DNA of 64,000 nucleotides from Bacteroidia bacterium (lineage in GTDB: Bacteria > Bacteroidota > Bacteroidia > Palsa-965), in contig JBBRYH010000012.1 of the NCBI GenBank assembly GCA_038237845.1, positions 3,807 to 67,806 on the forward strand, given 5' to 3'. The translations under genes and the position numbers were made by a program. Shown here piece by piece: positions 51,808 to 60,619 of the stretch. Every line of letters begins with the position of its first letter. The stretch's first letter is position 1. The notes under the pieces are model-generated. The model searched no databases and was not told the DNA's origin. It was given only the letters and a program-made list of their open reading frames with translations.

Positions 51808-52755
51808 ATGAAAAATTTTCTTCTTTCAATCGCCGGACTTTCGGCAATTCTTTTTGCTTCATGTGGTGGAAAAAGCCCTTATCCAACTTATGAAGAAGCT
51901 GAAAACGGAACCTATTTCCTTCTACATACAAAAGGAAGTGGAACTACAACGGTGGATACCGGTGGAGCTGTTTTTGTTAAAATTAAATTCAAAACGGCTA
52001 ATGATTCTGTGTTCCTCGATATTAACGAAGCAACACACGCTGCATCTTACCCAATGCGCGTTGATAAATCAGAATTCAAAGGTGATTTTTTAGATATGTT
52101 TATGCGTTTGCATGCTGGTGATAGCGCATCCTTCTTCATTCGTTTGGATTCTTTGAAAGCTCATTATGCTGAAGAATTCAAATTTGAACCGAAGTATGAC
52201 ACCATGAAATATCTTGGATTCACAGTGAAAGTAGATAGCATTTATGATCGTAAAAAAGTTCAGGAGTTACGTGCTGTTGCTGAAGGCGAACAAAAAAAGC
52301 AACAGGAAATGATGATGCAAATGCAAGCTGAAGAACCTGCTGCTATTGCAAAATACATTGCTGATAACAAGATAAAAGCAACTCCTTCTGCTACTGGAGT
52401 TTATTATGTTGAGACCACAAAAGGAAAAGGTGATAACATAAAAGAAGGACAAACGGTTACGTTGAAATACACAGGCAAATTTACAGATGGACAGATTTTT
52501 GATTCATCGGATAAATCAGGTCAACCTTTAGTATTAACTATGGGTCAGCATCAGGTAATTCCAGGAATGGAAGAAGCATTAGTGAACATGAAAAAAGGTG
52601 GAAAAGCTACTTTGGTTATTCCTTCAGCACAAGCTTATCGTGATGGTGGTGGACGTATGAAACCGTTCGCAACGTTGATATTTGATGTGGAAATAACAGA
52701 TATTTCTAATACACCGCCTCAACCACAAGGTCCCCCAACTCAGCCGCACCCATAA
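51808..52755 (+). CDS. FKBP-type PPIase lipoprotein (third of five). It is a tandem paralog of the next gene and has a Pro/Gln-rich C-terminal tail.
   Basis: Lipobox LFASCGG. FKBP domain (GQTVTLKYTGKFTDGQIFDSS...LVLTMGQHQVIPGMEEALVNMKKGGKATLVIPS). Confidence 0.8.
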   Translation: MKNFLLSIAGLSAILFASCGGKSPYPTYEEAENGTYFLLHTKGSGTTTVDTGGAVFVKIKFKTANDSVFLDINEATHAASYPMRVDKSEFKGDFLDMFMRLHAGDSASFFIRLDSLKAHYAEEFKFEPKYDTMKYLGFTVKVDSIYDRKKVQELRAVAEGEQKKQQEMMMQMQAEEPAAIAKYIADNKIKATPSATGVYYVETTKGKGDNIKEGQTVTLKYTGKFTDGQIFDSSDKSGQPLVLTMGQHQVIPGMEEALVNMKKGGKATLVIPSAQAYRDGGGRMKPFATLIFDVEITDISNTPPQPQGPPTQPHP

Positions 52756-52773
52756 TACAAACAGCATTGCTTT

Positions 52774-53739
52774 ATGAAACGCAATCATCCTTTTTTGTTG
52801 CTCACAACAGTAGCAATCCTGGTGATTGCGTTTTCGTCTTTTAGTAAAGAGAAAAAGAAAAAGAAATTTGCTGGATATACTCCAGTTGAAAATGGTTCTT
52901 ATTTTCTTTTACATAAAAAAGGAACTGGTATAAATACCGTCGATACGGGTGGTGCTGTATTTGTCAAATTAAAATTCAAGACAGATCTAGATTCTGTTTT
53001 TCTGAATATTAATGAGGCTACCCGTGCTCCTTCTTATCCAATGAGAATTGATAAGCCAATGTTCAAAGGAGATTTTCTGGATATTATGAAACGCTTACAT
53101 ACAGGTGATAGCGCTTCATTTTTTGTAAGATTGGATTCTTTGAAAAAATATTATCCGAATGAATTTTCATTTGAACCGAAGTATGACACGTTGAAATATC
53201 TTGGGTTTTCGGTTCAGGTGGATAGTATTTATTCCAGAGCTAAAGTAGATGAGATCAGAGCAAAAGCACAGGCGGAACAAGCTGCAAAGCAATTAAAAAT
53301 GCAACAAATGATGGCTATCATGAAACCAATTCAAGATAGTGCGCATGCTAAAGAGCCAATGCTAAAGGAAAATGATTTTGCATTATTATCAGATTTTATA
53401 AAGACAAAATGGAAAGGTCCTAGAAATCCAGATGACGATGGAATTTTCTTTATGGAACTTTCTCCTGGTAACGGACAGCCAATTCAGCCTGGCTCAACGG
53501 TAAGTCTTAAATACACCGGAAAATATCTCGATGGAACAGTATTTGATTCCAATGTATTATTTCAAGGCCAAGATTTATTGACTTTCCGTTTTGGTGTCGA
53601 TCAGATGATAGAAGGATTCACCGTGTGCGTTGGAAAAATGCATGTCGGTTCTAAAGCGCTATTTGTTTTGCCTTCTCGTTTAGGTTATAAGGATGGATTG
53701 ACCAGGATTTTTGAAGTTGAAATTGTAAGCGTAAATTAA
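52774..53739 (+). CDS. FKBP-type PPIase (fourth of five)
   Basis: The N-terminal half is about 70% identical to the preceding gene (GGAVFVKLKFKT..DSVFLNINEAT...KGDFLD...GDSASFF.RLDSLK). FKBP domain at the C-terminus. Confidence 0.8.
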   Translation: MKRNHPFLLLTTVAILVIAFSSFSKEKKKKKFAGYTPVENGSYFLLHKKGTGINTVDTGGAVFVKLKFKTDLDSVFLNINEATRAPSYPMRIDKPMFKGDFLDIMKRLHTGDSASFFVRLDSLKKYYPNEFSFEPKYDTLKYLGFSVQVDSIYSRAKVDEIRAKAQAEQAAKQLKMQQMMAIMKPIQDSAHAKEPMLKENDFALLSDFIKTKWKGPRNPDDDGIFFMELSPGNGQPIQPGSTVSLKYTGKYLDGTVFDSNVLFQGQDLLTFRFGVDQMIEGFTVCVGKMHVGSKALFVLPSRLGYKDGLTRIFEVEIVSVN

Positions 53740-53753
53740 TTTAATAATTTTCT

Positions 53754-54608
53754 ATGAAACGTTTCATTATTGTAGTAGCCCTTTCGGCCATAGTATTTTC
53801 ACCAGCTTGTTTTTTAAGAAAAGATAAAAAAACCGATGTGCCATCTGATGGAGTAGTAAGAAAATACAACTCTACACCTGTAAAAAATCCGGTTCCAGTC
53901 AAAATGAGCCGAGGAATGGAATATACTATTACTGCTAAAGGAAATGGACCTTTGGTTAAAAATGGAGATAAAGTTTCAATGCTTTATACTGGAAAACTTA
54001 CTAACGATACAATTTTTGATGCAACTTCCCGTAGAGGAAATGCTCCTTTTGCATTCAAGTTGGGAAAACATGAAGTGATTCAAGGATGGGATTCTATTGT
54101 TTCTCATTTGCATTGCGGCGATAAAGCAATTATGCGTATTCCTCCTGAATTTGGATATGGCACACGTGCAAACGGAGCAATCCCTGCAAATAGTACGCTG
54201 ATTTTTATTGTTGAAGTGTTGGATGTAACCCCACCTCCAATTCAATGGAATGCAAAAGGAAAAGATACGATTACAACACCAAGCGGAATGAAAGTTGTAA
54301 TGTTTGAATCGCATCCTGAAAATCCAAAACCTGCAATTGGAAAAACAGTGGAGGTACATTACAGTGGTTACAATATGGATGGATCTATGTTTGATTCTTC
54401 CGTGGAACGTGGACAACCGTTTAGCTTTTCTTTGGGACGCGGACAAGTGATTAAGGGTTGGGATGAAGGAATTGGAATGTTACATGTAGGAGAAAAAGCA
54501 AAACTTATTATTCCTTATAATCTTGCTTATGGTGAAGGTGGTCGCCCGCCAATCATCCCTGCAAAAGCTACATTGATCTTCGATGTTGAGTTAATCAGCA
54601 TTAAATAA
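53754..54608 (+). CDS. FKBP-type PPIase lipoprotein with two FKBP domains (fifth of five)
   Basis: Lipobox FSPACF. Two FKBP domains (GDKVSMLYTGKLTNDTIFDAT...; GKTVEVHYSGYNMDGSMFDSS...QVIKGWDEGIGMLHVGEKAKLIIP). Confidence 0.8.
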   Translation: MKRFIIVVALSAIVFSPACFLRKDKKTDVPSDGVVRKYNSTPVKNPVPVKMSRGMEYTITAKGNGPLVKNGDKVSMLYTGKLTNDTIFDATSRRGNAPFAFKLGKHEVIQGWDSIVSHLHCGDKAIMRIPPEFGYGTRANGAIPANSTLIFIVEVLDVTPPPIQWNAKGKDTITTPSGMKVVMFESHPENPKPAIGKTVEVHYSGYNMDGSMFDSSVERGQPFSFSLGRGQVIKGWDEGIGMLHVGEKAKLIIPYNLAYGEGGRPPIIPAKATLIFDVELISIK

Positions 54609-54622
54609 TTCTACAAAATTTC

Positions 54623-54672
54623 AAAACCCGAATTCCAAATAAAATATTCATTTGGAATTCGGGTTTTATTTT
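54623..54672. terminator. Strong bidirectional hairpin terminator ending the FKBP operon
   Basis: Perfect 17-bp stem aaaacccgaattccaaa / tttggaattcgggtttt with an 11-nt loop, followed by a T-rich tract. Confidence 0.65.
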
Positions 54673-54687
54673 TATAATAATTCAATC

Positions 54688-55668
54688 ATGCAAGGTAAAA
54701 TAAGAGTCATGCGGCTAATGCTTTTCTTAAGCGCGCTGCTGCTTATACTTAAGTTTTTTGCCTGGTACCTTACAAAATCGAACGCTATTCTCACCGATGC
54801 ATTAGAGAGCATCGTTAATATTGTAGCAGGCGCTTTTGCTCTTTTCAGTATTGTTTATGCTTCTCGTCCAAGAGATGAAGATCATCCTTACGGACATGGT
54901 AAAATAGAATTTGTTTCTGCTGGTTTCGAAGGCGCAATGGTTTTTCTTGCAGGTGGTTTTATTATATACAAAGCTATTTTAGGATTTATTACACCACATG
55001 AAATTGCAAAAGCGGATGTAGGTGCGCTATTAATTGGTCTAACTGGTTTGGTTAATTTTGCGATGGGTTTTTACCTTACTTCCAAGGGCAAATCACAACA
55101 CTCGGCATTAATGTCGGCAAACGGAAAACATCTTTTATCCGATGCTGTTTCAAGTTTGGGAATTGTTGTTGGTTTATTCCTGATTTATTTTACAAAACTT
55201 TCCTGGATCGATAACGCGCTTGCAATTGTTTTGGGCGCCTATATTATTGTTACTGGGTTTAAAATTGTAAGCGAATCCTTTAGAAATCTTTTGGATGAAC
55301 AGGATCAGGAAAAGGTTAATCTTTTAATAAAGATCCTGAATGAAAATCGAAGAGAAAACTGGATTGATATGCACAATCTAAGAGTTTTAAAATATGGATC
55401 GGGACTTCATGTGGACGCACATATAACATTACCGTGGTATCTCTCTCTAGAGAAAGCTCATGATGAAGTGGAAGCTGTGGAACATCTTGTAAAAAAAGAA
55501 ATTGGTCCTGATATGGAATTTTTTATTCATGCAGATCCTTGCCTTCCGAAAAGTTGTTCAATTTGTTCTGTAAAAAATTGTCCGGAAAGAAAATCGGAAC
55601 AGATTAAAAAGTTAGAATGGACAAAAGAAAATATGCTACCTGACGCTAAACATTCGATTAAAATTTAA
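54688..55668 (+). CDS. Cation diffusion facilitator (CDF) family metal efflux transporter with a Cys-rich C-terminal tail
   Basis: The track start at 54652 is TTG. The ATG is at 54688. Six transmembrane segments, and a C-terminal cytoplasmic domain ending in CLPKSCSICSVKNCPERK. Confidence 0.8.
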   Translation: MQGKIRVMRLMLFLSALLLILKFFAWYLTKSNAILTDALESIVNIVAGAFALFSIVYASRPRDEDHPYGHGKIEFVSAGFEGAMVFLAGGFIIYKAILGFITPHEIAKADVGALLIGLTGLVNFAMGFYLTSKGKSQHSALMSANGKHLLSDAVSSLGIVVGLFLIYFTKLSWIDNALAIVLGAYIIVTGFKIVSESFRNLLDEQDQEKVNLLIKILNENRRENWIDMHNLRVLKYGSGLHVDAHITLPWYLSLEKAHDEVEAVEHLVKKEIGPDMEFFIHADPCLPKSCSICSVKNCPERKSEQIKKLEWTKENMLPDAKHSIKI

Positions 55669-55672
55669 AGCG

Positions 55673-56860
55673 ATGAAAAGAATATTTCTATTTATAGTTT
55701 TTGCTTTTATTTGCGTTGGAGTAAATGCAAAAGGTTTTATTTATCAGGATGGAATAACAATTAAGGACAGTACGGGAAAAGTTATAAGATTAAACGGTGT
55801 CAATTTGGGTGGATGGTTAATGTGGGAAGGATGGATTTGGGGTGGGGGATTTACTGCTGAAACCAAGATCATGGAAAACCTTGAAACGATTGCAGGCGTT
55901 GAGGCTACAGATTCTTTCCGATTAAATATTTACACCAATTTTATAACTGAGGCTGATATAAAGGCAATCAGCGAAATGGGTTTGAACGTTGTGCGTATTC
56001 CGATTAATCACAATGCCCTTGAACAGGTATTTGAAGGAGGAAAAATTCATGGCTGGGAAATTCTCGATCGTGTGATTGGTTGGTGTAAAAAATATCATGT
56101 GTATGCGGTGCTTGATATGCACAGCACACCGGCAGGGCAATCGTCTTATTTTATTGCGGATCCTGACAAGCCAAACCTTTGGAAAAATCACCTCGCTCGA
56201 TTGTACACGGTTCGCTTGTGGTTACTTATTGCAAAACGTTATGCAAATGAATCAGCTGTTGCTGGATATGATTTACTAAATGAACCTATACCTGCACCAA
56301 AAGATTCACTTGTGAAAATGTATGAACGGATTATAGCTGCTATCCGTACTGTTGATAATAATCATTTAGTGATTCTTGAAGGCGCAAATTTTGCAAAGGA
56401 TTTTTCCATGTTCAAAAAACTTCCGGATAAAAATATGATGTTCAGTTTTCATATTTATACCTGGCTTGGCGGTGATCCCGGTCAAAAAGTCCAGGATTTT
56501 GTAGCGCTTACAACCAAATTTGATGTGCCGATCTGGTGCGGTGAATGGGGTGAAAACAATTACGAGGTAATTGAAAATACTCTGAAAGTTTTTTCTGATA
56601 CCTCAAATCATATCAGTGGTTGGTCCTTCTGGACCTGGAAAAAAGTTCCGAATTCCTATCCTGCCTTAAATGCAATCAATGTCACGCAATCATGGAAAGA
56701 TGTAATTAAGTGGTGCTCCAATCCATCTCCGAAACATTTTCCTGGACATGATGTTGCAATAGCTGCGATGAAAGGATTTTCTAAAGCTATCCTTGTAGAA
56801 AAAACAACTCCTGATACGCGATTGAAAAAACTGCTAAGCGATTACGCAAAACTGGAATAG
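55673..56860 (+). CDS. Secreted glycoside hydrolase family 5 (cellulase-family) enzyme
   Basis: Signal peptide present. Conserved GH5 features: VRIPI.HN, the catalytic acid in LLNEPI, and the nucleophile in GEWGE. Confidence 0.75.
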   Translation: MKRIFLFIVFAFICVGVNAKGFIYQDGITIKDSTGKVIRLNGVNLGGWLMWEGWIWGGGFTAETKIMENLETIAGVEATDSFRLNIYTNFITEADIKAISEMGLNVVRIPINHNALEQVFEGGKIHGWEILDRVIGWCKKYHVYAVLDMHSTPAGQSSYFIADPDKPNLWKNHLARLYTVRLWLLIAKRYANESAVAGYDLLNEPIPAPKDSLVKMYERIIAAIRTVDNNHLVILEGANFAKDFSMFKKLPDKNMMFSFHIYTWLGGDPGQKVQDFVALTTKFDVPIWCGEWGENNYEVIENTLKVFSDTSNHISGWSFWTWKKVPNSYPALNAINVTQSWKDVIKWCSNPSPKHFPGHDVAIAAMKGFSKAILVEKTTPDTRLKKLLSDYAKLE

Positions 56861-56929
56861 TTTTCTTCGCTATTGACTTTGAGTCCTCTTGCTGTTTGGC
56901 GGTGATCAGTCTTTGCAAAAAAAATCTCA

Positions 56930-57892
56930 CTAAGCAAAAATTCCTTTAATTTTTTTCATCACCTCATCTGTCATCATCGGAACAAAATCCAAAGCTTTTA
57001 AATTCTCCTCCAACTGTTCTACTTTCGAGGCTCCAAGAATAGCTGTACTAACATTTGGATTTTTCAAAACCCAAGCTATAGACAAACATGCTCCGGAAGT
57101 TCCAAGTTCTTTTGCTAGCAACGTAAACTTTTTTGCTTTCTCCAGATTTAATTTTGAATCAACTCCAGTAATTCTTTCTTTTAACCATTCCATGCCAGGA
57201 CGGGAAATTCGTGTATCCTCCGGAGTAGACTCATTGTATTTTCCAGTTAGCAATCCAGATGCTGTAGGGGACCAGATTGTAGTACCCATTCCGCGATCTT
57301 TATACAATTGAGCATATTCATTTTCAAAACGATCGCGATAAAATAAATTGTATTGTGGTTGCTCCATTGTTGGCGCGTGCAGATTATTATCCTCCGCAAT
57401 CTGATATGCTTCTTCCAATTGAATAGCGCTCCATTCAGAAGTTCCCCAGTATAAAACTTTTCCTTGCGAAATGAGATCACTCATGGCATGAACGGTTTCT
57501 TCAATCGGTGTATTCGGATCAGGACGATGACAAAAATATAAATCCAGATAATCTACATTTAATCGCTTCAAGCCATTATGACAAGCATCCACAATATGTT
57601 TTCGTGACAAACCGATTTGTGTTGGTTTTTTTCCTCCCCAGAAAACTTTTGTTGAAACAATATAGGAAGAGCGATCCCAATTCATTTTTTTTAAAATATC
57701 ACCCATCACTACTTCTGATTTTCCGCTTGAATAGGCTTCGGCATTATCGAAAAAGTTCACGCCGTTGTCATAGGCAAGTTTCATGCAGTTTTCAGCAACA
57801 TCATTTCCAACTTGTGATCCAAAGGTTACCCAAGAACCAAATGAAAGTGCGCTTACTTGTAAACCACTTTTTCCTAATCGACGATATTCCAT
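56930..57892 (-). CDS. Aldo/keto reductase (Kv-beta-like AKR)
   Basis: N-terminal MEYRRLGKSGLQVSALSFGSWVTFG and the AKR fold motifs. Confidence 0.9.
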   Translation of the reverse strand: MEYRRLGKSGLQVSALSFGSWVTFGSQVGNDVAENCMKLAYDNGVNFFDNAEAYSSGKSEVVMGDILKKMNWDRSSYIVSTKVFWGGKKPTQIGLSRKHIVDACHNGLKRLNVDYLDLYFCHRPDPNTPIEETVHAMSDLISQGKVLYWGTSEWSAIQLEEAYQIAEDNNLHAPTMEQPQYNLFYRDRFENEYAQLYKDRGMGTTIWSPTASGLLTGKYNESTPEDTRISRPGMEWLKERITGVDSKLNLEKAKKFTLLAKELGTSGACLSIAWVLKNPNVSTAILGASKVEQLEENLKALDFVPMMTDEVMKKIKGIFA

Positions 57893-58061
57893 TTGTTGAT
57901 AATTTTGAATTCTTAGTTTTGAATTTTGAATTGTGTCGTGTAAAGTTACTTAAGATAAATTGGTAATTGAACCAAAATTCTTCATTCATTGTAGGAAAAA
58001 TCTGCGCCATCTCTGCGGAATTTGTTTTATCTACGAGAAACAAAGGATTATATTTACTTCT

Positions 58062-59081
58062 ATGAAAAGAATTTTTTTCCTTTTTATTTATTTAACAATT
58101 GTTTCTATTCTTTCCGCACAGAAACCTGCGGCTCTGGCTGATTCACTCCGATCGGGTTTTCGTGGACTTTCAGTGGTGAATGAAAATGTAATTTGGATGA
58201 GCGGAAGAAAAGGATTGGTAGGTGTTTCGGAAAATGGAGGAGTAAAGTGGAAATGGAAGCGCGTTAAAGGTTTTGAAACGTGTGATTTCAGAAGTATTCA
58301 CGCATTTGATCTTACTCACGCCGTGATTGCAACTGCAGGTTTTCCGGCAGCAATTTTATTTACTGAAAATGGTGGGAAAAGTTGGACTACTGCTTATAGT
58401 TCGAAAGACAGTGCAATGTTTTTTGATGGAATTGATTTCTGGGATAGAAACCACGGGATGATTTACGGAGATCCTGTTAATGGAAGAATGTATTTGTCTG
58501 AAACATTTGACGGTGGAAAAACCTGGAAAGAAATTCCTTTTGCTGATCGACCTCAATTGCAAAATGGTGAAGCATCATTTGCTGCAAGTGGAACTGCAAT
58601 CGGTCATGGGCCAGGTGGAAATATCTGGATTGCTACTGGAGGAGCTGTTTCTCGTTTGTGGCATTCTCGCGATTATGGCCACCACTGGGAATTTCGTGCA
58701 ACACCGATTCTGCAAGGTGATGCTTCACAAGGAATTTTTTCTTTTGATTTCAGCGATACTCTTCTCGGAATTATTGTCGGTGGCGATTATGCAATTGACT
58801 CGCTGAAAAAAGACAATTGTTTTTATACTTCTGATGGAGGAAAAACGTGGTCGGCACCTTGTCTTGCTCCTTCTGGTTATCGTTCCTGCGTGCGTTATGT
58901 GATTGGGGAACTTGTTATTGCAACCGGATCAAACGGAACAGATATTTCTTACGATGGAGGATTACATTGGCAAGCGTTAGAAACGGATGGAGGATACAAT
59001 ACTATTGCCGTAATGCCTTTGGGTGAAGTTTATTTTGCAGGAGGAAAAAAGAGAAAGTTTTACCATTTAGCTTTTAAATAA
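58062..59081 (+). CDS. Secreted Ycf48-like (photosystem II stability/assembly factor-like) BNR-repeat beta-propeller protein
   Basis: The track ORF is extended upstream. The ATG is at 58062, followed by a signal peptide. Repeats GGKSWTT, GGKTWKE, YGHHWEF, GGKTWSA and GGLHWQA. Confidence 0.65.
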   Translation: MKRIFFLFIYLTIVSILSAQKPAALADSLRSGFRGLSVVNENVIWMSGRKGLVGVSENGGVKWKWKRVKGFETCDFRSIHAFDLTHAVIATAGFPAAILFTENGGKSWTTAYSSKDSAMFFDGIDFWDRNHGMIYGDPVNGRMYLSETFDGGKTWKEIPFADRPQLQNGEASFAASGTAIGHGPGGNIWIATGGAVSRLWHSRDYGHHWEFRATPILQGDASQGIFSFDFSDTLLGIIVGGDYAIDSLKKDNCFYTSDGGKTWSAPCLAPSGYRSCVRYVIGELVIATGSNGTDISYDGGLHWQALETDGGYNTIAVMPLGEVYFAGGKKRKFYHLAFK

Positions 59082-59113
59082 TAAAAATATCAGCACATCG
59101 CAACGTCACTGCA

Positions 59114-59428
59114 TCACATACCATAATCTCTTTCCACTTTAGCAATCCGCACTTTATATTTCGAATAAAATTCTTCGCGTCCTTTTTTCTGTGCGAACAA
59201 ATGTTCCGAATTCATTTTCCAATTTCGAATTGCGTCTAAACTTTCCCAATAAGAAACTGTAATTCCGATTTCTTCACGGGCCGATTCATGTCCCAGATAA
59301 CCAGTTTGCTGTTTTGCTAACTCAGACATCCGTATAGAAATTTGTTCATACTCATCATTCGCTTCATTTCTGATCGAAGTGAAAATTACGGCGTAGTAGG
59401 GTGGAGGAGGTGTTTCGGATATTTTCAT
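59114..59428 (-). CDS. Antibiotic-biosynthesis-monooxygenase (ABM) domain protein
   Basis: Size (104 aa) and the ferredoxin-like ABM pattern (PPYYAVIFTS...YLGHES...). Assigned with moderate certainty. Confidence 0.55.
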   Translation of the reverse strand: MKISETPPPPYYAVIFTSIRNEANDEYEQISIRMSELAKQQTGYLGHESAREEIGITVSYWESLDAIRNWKMNSEHLFAQKKGREEFYSKYKVRIAKVERDYGM

Positions 59429-59453
59429 CCCTTCAAATTTCGAAATAAATGCG

Positions 59454-59687
59454 GTACACCTGTTGAGAGCTAGCGTTAATAAAATGTCCTGTGGACATTT
59501 TTAGCTTGCGATGCGTGCCGCAAGGCACCAGTCACGACAGTAGAAAATAATTTTCCGAAGGAAGAAAAAAGTACACCTGTTGAGAGCTAGCGTTAATAAA
59601 ATGTCCTGTGGACATTTTTAGCTTGCGATGCGTGCCGCAAGGCACCAGTCACGACAGTAGAAAATAATTTTCCGAAGGAAGAAAAAA
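59454..59687. repeat. Two perfect tandem copies of a 117-bp unit (59454-59570 and 59571-59687). Each begins with gtacacctgt, which equals the 3' end of the adjacent tRNA-Arg.
   Basis: Direct comparison shows the two units are identical. A third unit start coincides with the genuine tRNA 3' end at 59688. The units contain internal hairpins (tgtcc-tgt-ggaca; gtgcc-gcaa-ggcac). Confidence 0.9.
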
Positions 59688-59688
59688 G

Positions 59689-59762
59689 TACACCTGTCGT
59701 GACTCGAACACGAAACCGTCGGTTTAGAAAACCGATGCTCTATCCAGTTGAGCTACAGGTGC
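59689..59762 (-). tRNA. tRNA-Arg (anticodon TCT)
   Basis: Manual fold. Acceptor stem GCACCTG/CAGGTGT with G1-U72. D arm GCTC..GAGC. Anticodon stem TCGGT/ACCGA with loop TTTCTAA. T arm TCGTG-TTCGAGT-CACGA. Discriminator A. No encoded CCA. Confidence 0.8.
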
Positions 59763-59788
59763 ATTTAATTATTTCAAAAAAGCAAAAA

Positions 59789-59830
59789 GCCCTGCACTAT
59801 CCATCCACCAAGGCGGAGAGCTACAGGTGC
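59789..59830 (-). other. Degenerate pseudo-copy of the tRNA-Arg 5' half (acceptor 5' strand plus D arm, with an expanded hairpin in the D-loop)
   Basis: The 14-mer gagctacaggtgca is identical to 59750-59763. The D-stem remnant ctatcca is shared. It is followed by an A9 run. Confidence 0.5.
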
Positions 59831-59880
59831 AAAAAAAAACCGATTCCGATTTTTCAATCGCCAATCGGCTTTTATAAATG

Positions 59881-59953
59881 TCGGGGTGGCCAGACTCGAA
59901 CTGACGACCCTCTGCTCCCAAAGCAGATGCGCTACCAACTGCGCTACACCCCG
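59881..59953 (-). tRNA. tRNA-Pro (anticodon TGG)
   Basis: Manual fold. Acceptor CGGGGTG/CACCCCG. D arm GCGC-AGTTGGTA-GCGC. Anticodon stem TCTGC/GCAGA with loop TTTGGGA. T arm GTCAG-TTCGAGT-CTGGC. Discriminator A. Confidence 0.85.
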
Positions 59954-59988
59954 ATTAATATTTTAAAGAACTAAACTATTTTATTTAA

Positions 59989-60054
59989 CCGATGCGCTAC
60001 TCCCAACAGAATTGTTGGGACGCTACACCCCGATTAATATTTTAAAGAACTAAT
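59989..60054 (-). other. Pseudo-copy of the tRNA-Pro 5' half with a hairpin insertion (tcccaacaattctgttgggag) in the D-loop, plus a duplicated 22-bp tRNA-Pro upstream leader
   Basis: gctacaccccgattaatattttaaagaactaa occurs at 59944-59975 and again at 60022-60053. The fragment abuts the ribH stop codon. Confidence 0.55.
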
Positions 60055-60552
60055 TTATTTACTATTCAATTTATCTCTTAGTCCAAGCATTTTTAAAGAT
60101 GTAATGGCTGCTTCGTCTCCTTTATTTCCATGAACACCACCTGCTCGTTCTTGTGCTTGTTGCAGGTTGTTTGTTGTTAGGACGGCAAAGATAACAGGTT
60201 TACTCAAACTGATGTTTAATTCTGTAATTCCGTACGTAACTCCCTGACAGATAAAATCGAAATGTGGAGTATCGCCTTTTATTACGCATCCAATACAGAT
60301 TACAGCGTCAATATCTTCATCAGTTCCTGACCATTCTGCACCAAGTGTTAGTTCAAATGCACCAGGTACATAATGTACTTCAATGTCATTCGATTTTACT
60401 CCATTTTTTTTCAAAGAACTTATGGCGCCATCACGGAGTGCAAAGGTAATTTCACTGTTCCATTCTGCTACAACTATTGCAATTCGCTTTCCAGATCCGG
60501 AAGGGACACTTCCTGCATCATATTCTGAAAGATTCTTTAAAACAGTTGCCAT
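60055..60552 (-). CDS. ribH: 6,7-dimethyl-8-ribityllumazine synthase
   Basis: Size (165 aa) and conserved lumazine synthase motifs (KRIAIVVAEWN, GAFELTLGA, ICIGCVIKGDT). Confidence 0.9.
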   Translation of the reverse strand: MATVLKNLSEYDAGSVPSGSGKRIAIVVAEWNSEITFALRDGAISSLKKNGVKSNDIEVHYVPGAFELTLGAEWSGTDEDIDAVICIGCVIKGDTPHFDFICQGVTYGITELNISLSKPVIFAVLTTNNLQQAQERAGGVHGNKGDEAAITSLKMLGLRDKLNSK

Positions 60553-60565
60553 AAAATTAATCTTA

Positions 60566-60606
60566 AAAGAAAAAAATCCTGCTCCTTAAATCGGAACAGG
60601 ATTTTC
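60566..60606 (-). terminator. Rho-independent terminator (or attenuator) between the TPR gene and ribH
   Basis: 9-bp stem aaaatcctg/caggatttt. On the minus strand it is followed by T7. Confidence 0.5.
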
Positions 60607-60619
60607 CTATTCCAAGCTT

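Noticed and set aside
9218-54688. Track ORF starts at TTG/GTG with long N-terminal extensions (9218, 10377, 18567, 23667, 40006, 42674, 49295, 54652, 57960)
   Set aside because: The ORF caller accepts TTG/GTG as starts. In each case an in-frame ATG immediately precedes a signal peptide or a conserved N-terminus, so I used the ATG.
59454-59687. Tandem repeats considered as a possible CRISPR array
   Set aside because: There are only two units. They are 117 bp long with no spacers between them and no cas genes nearby. The unit is seeded by a tRNA 3' end.
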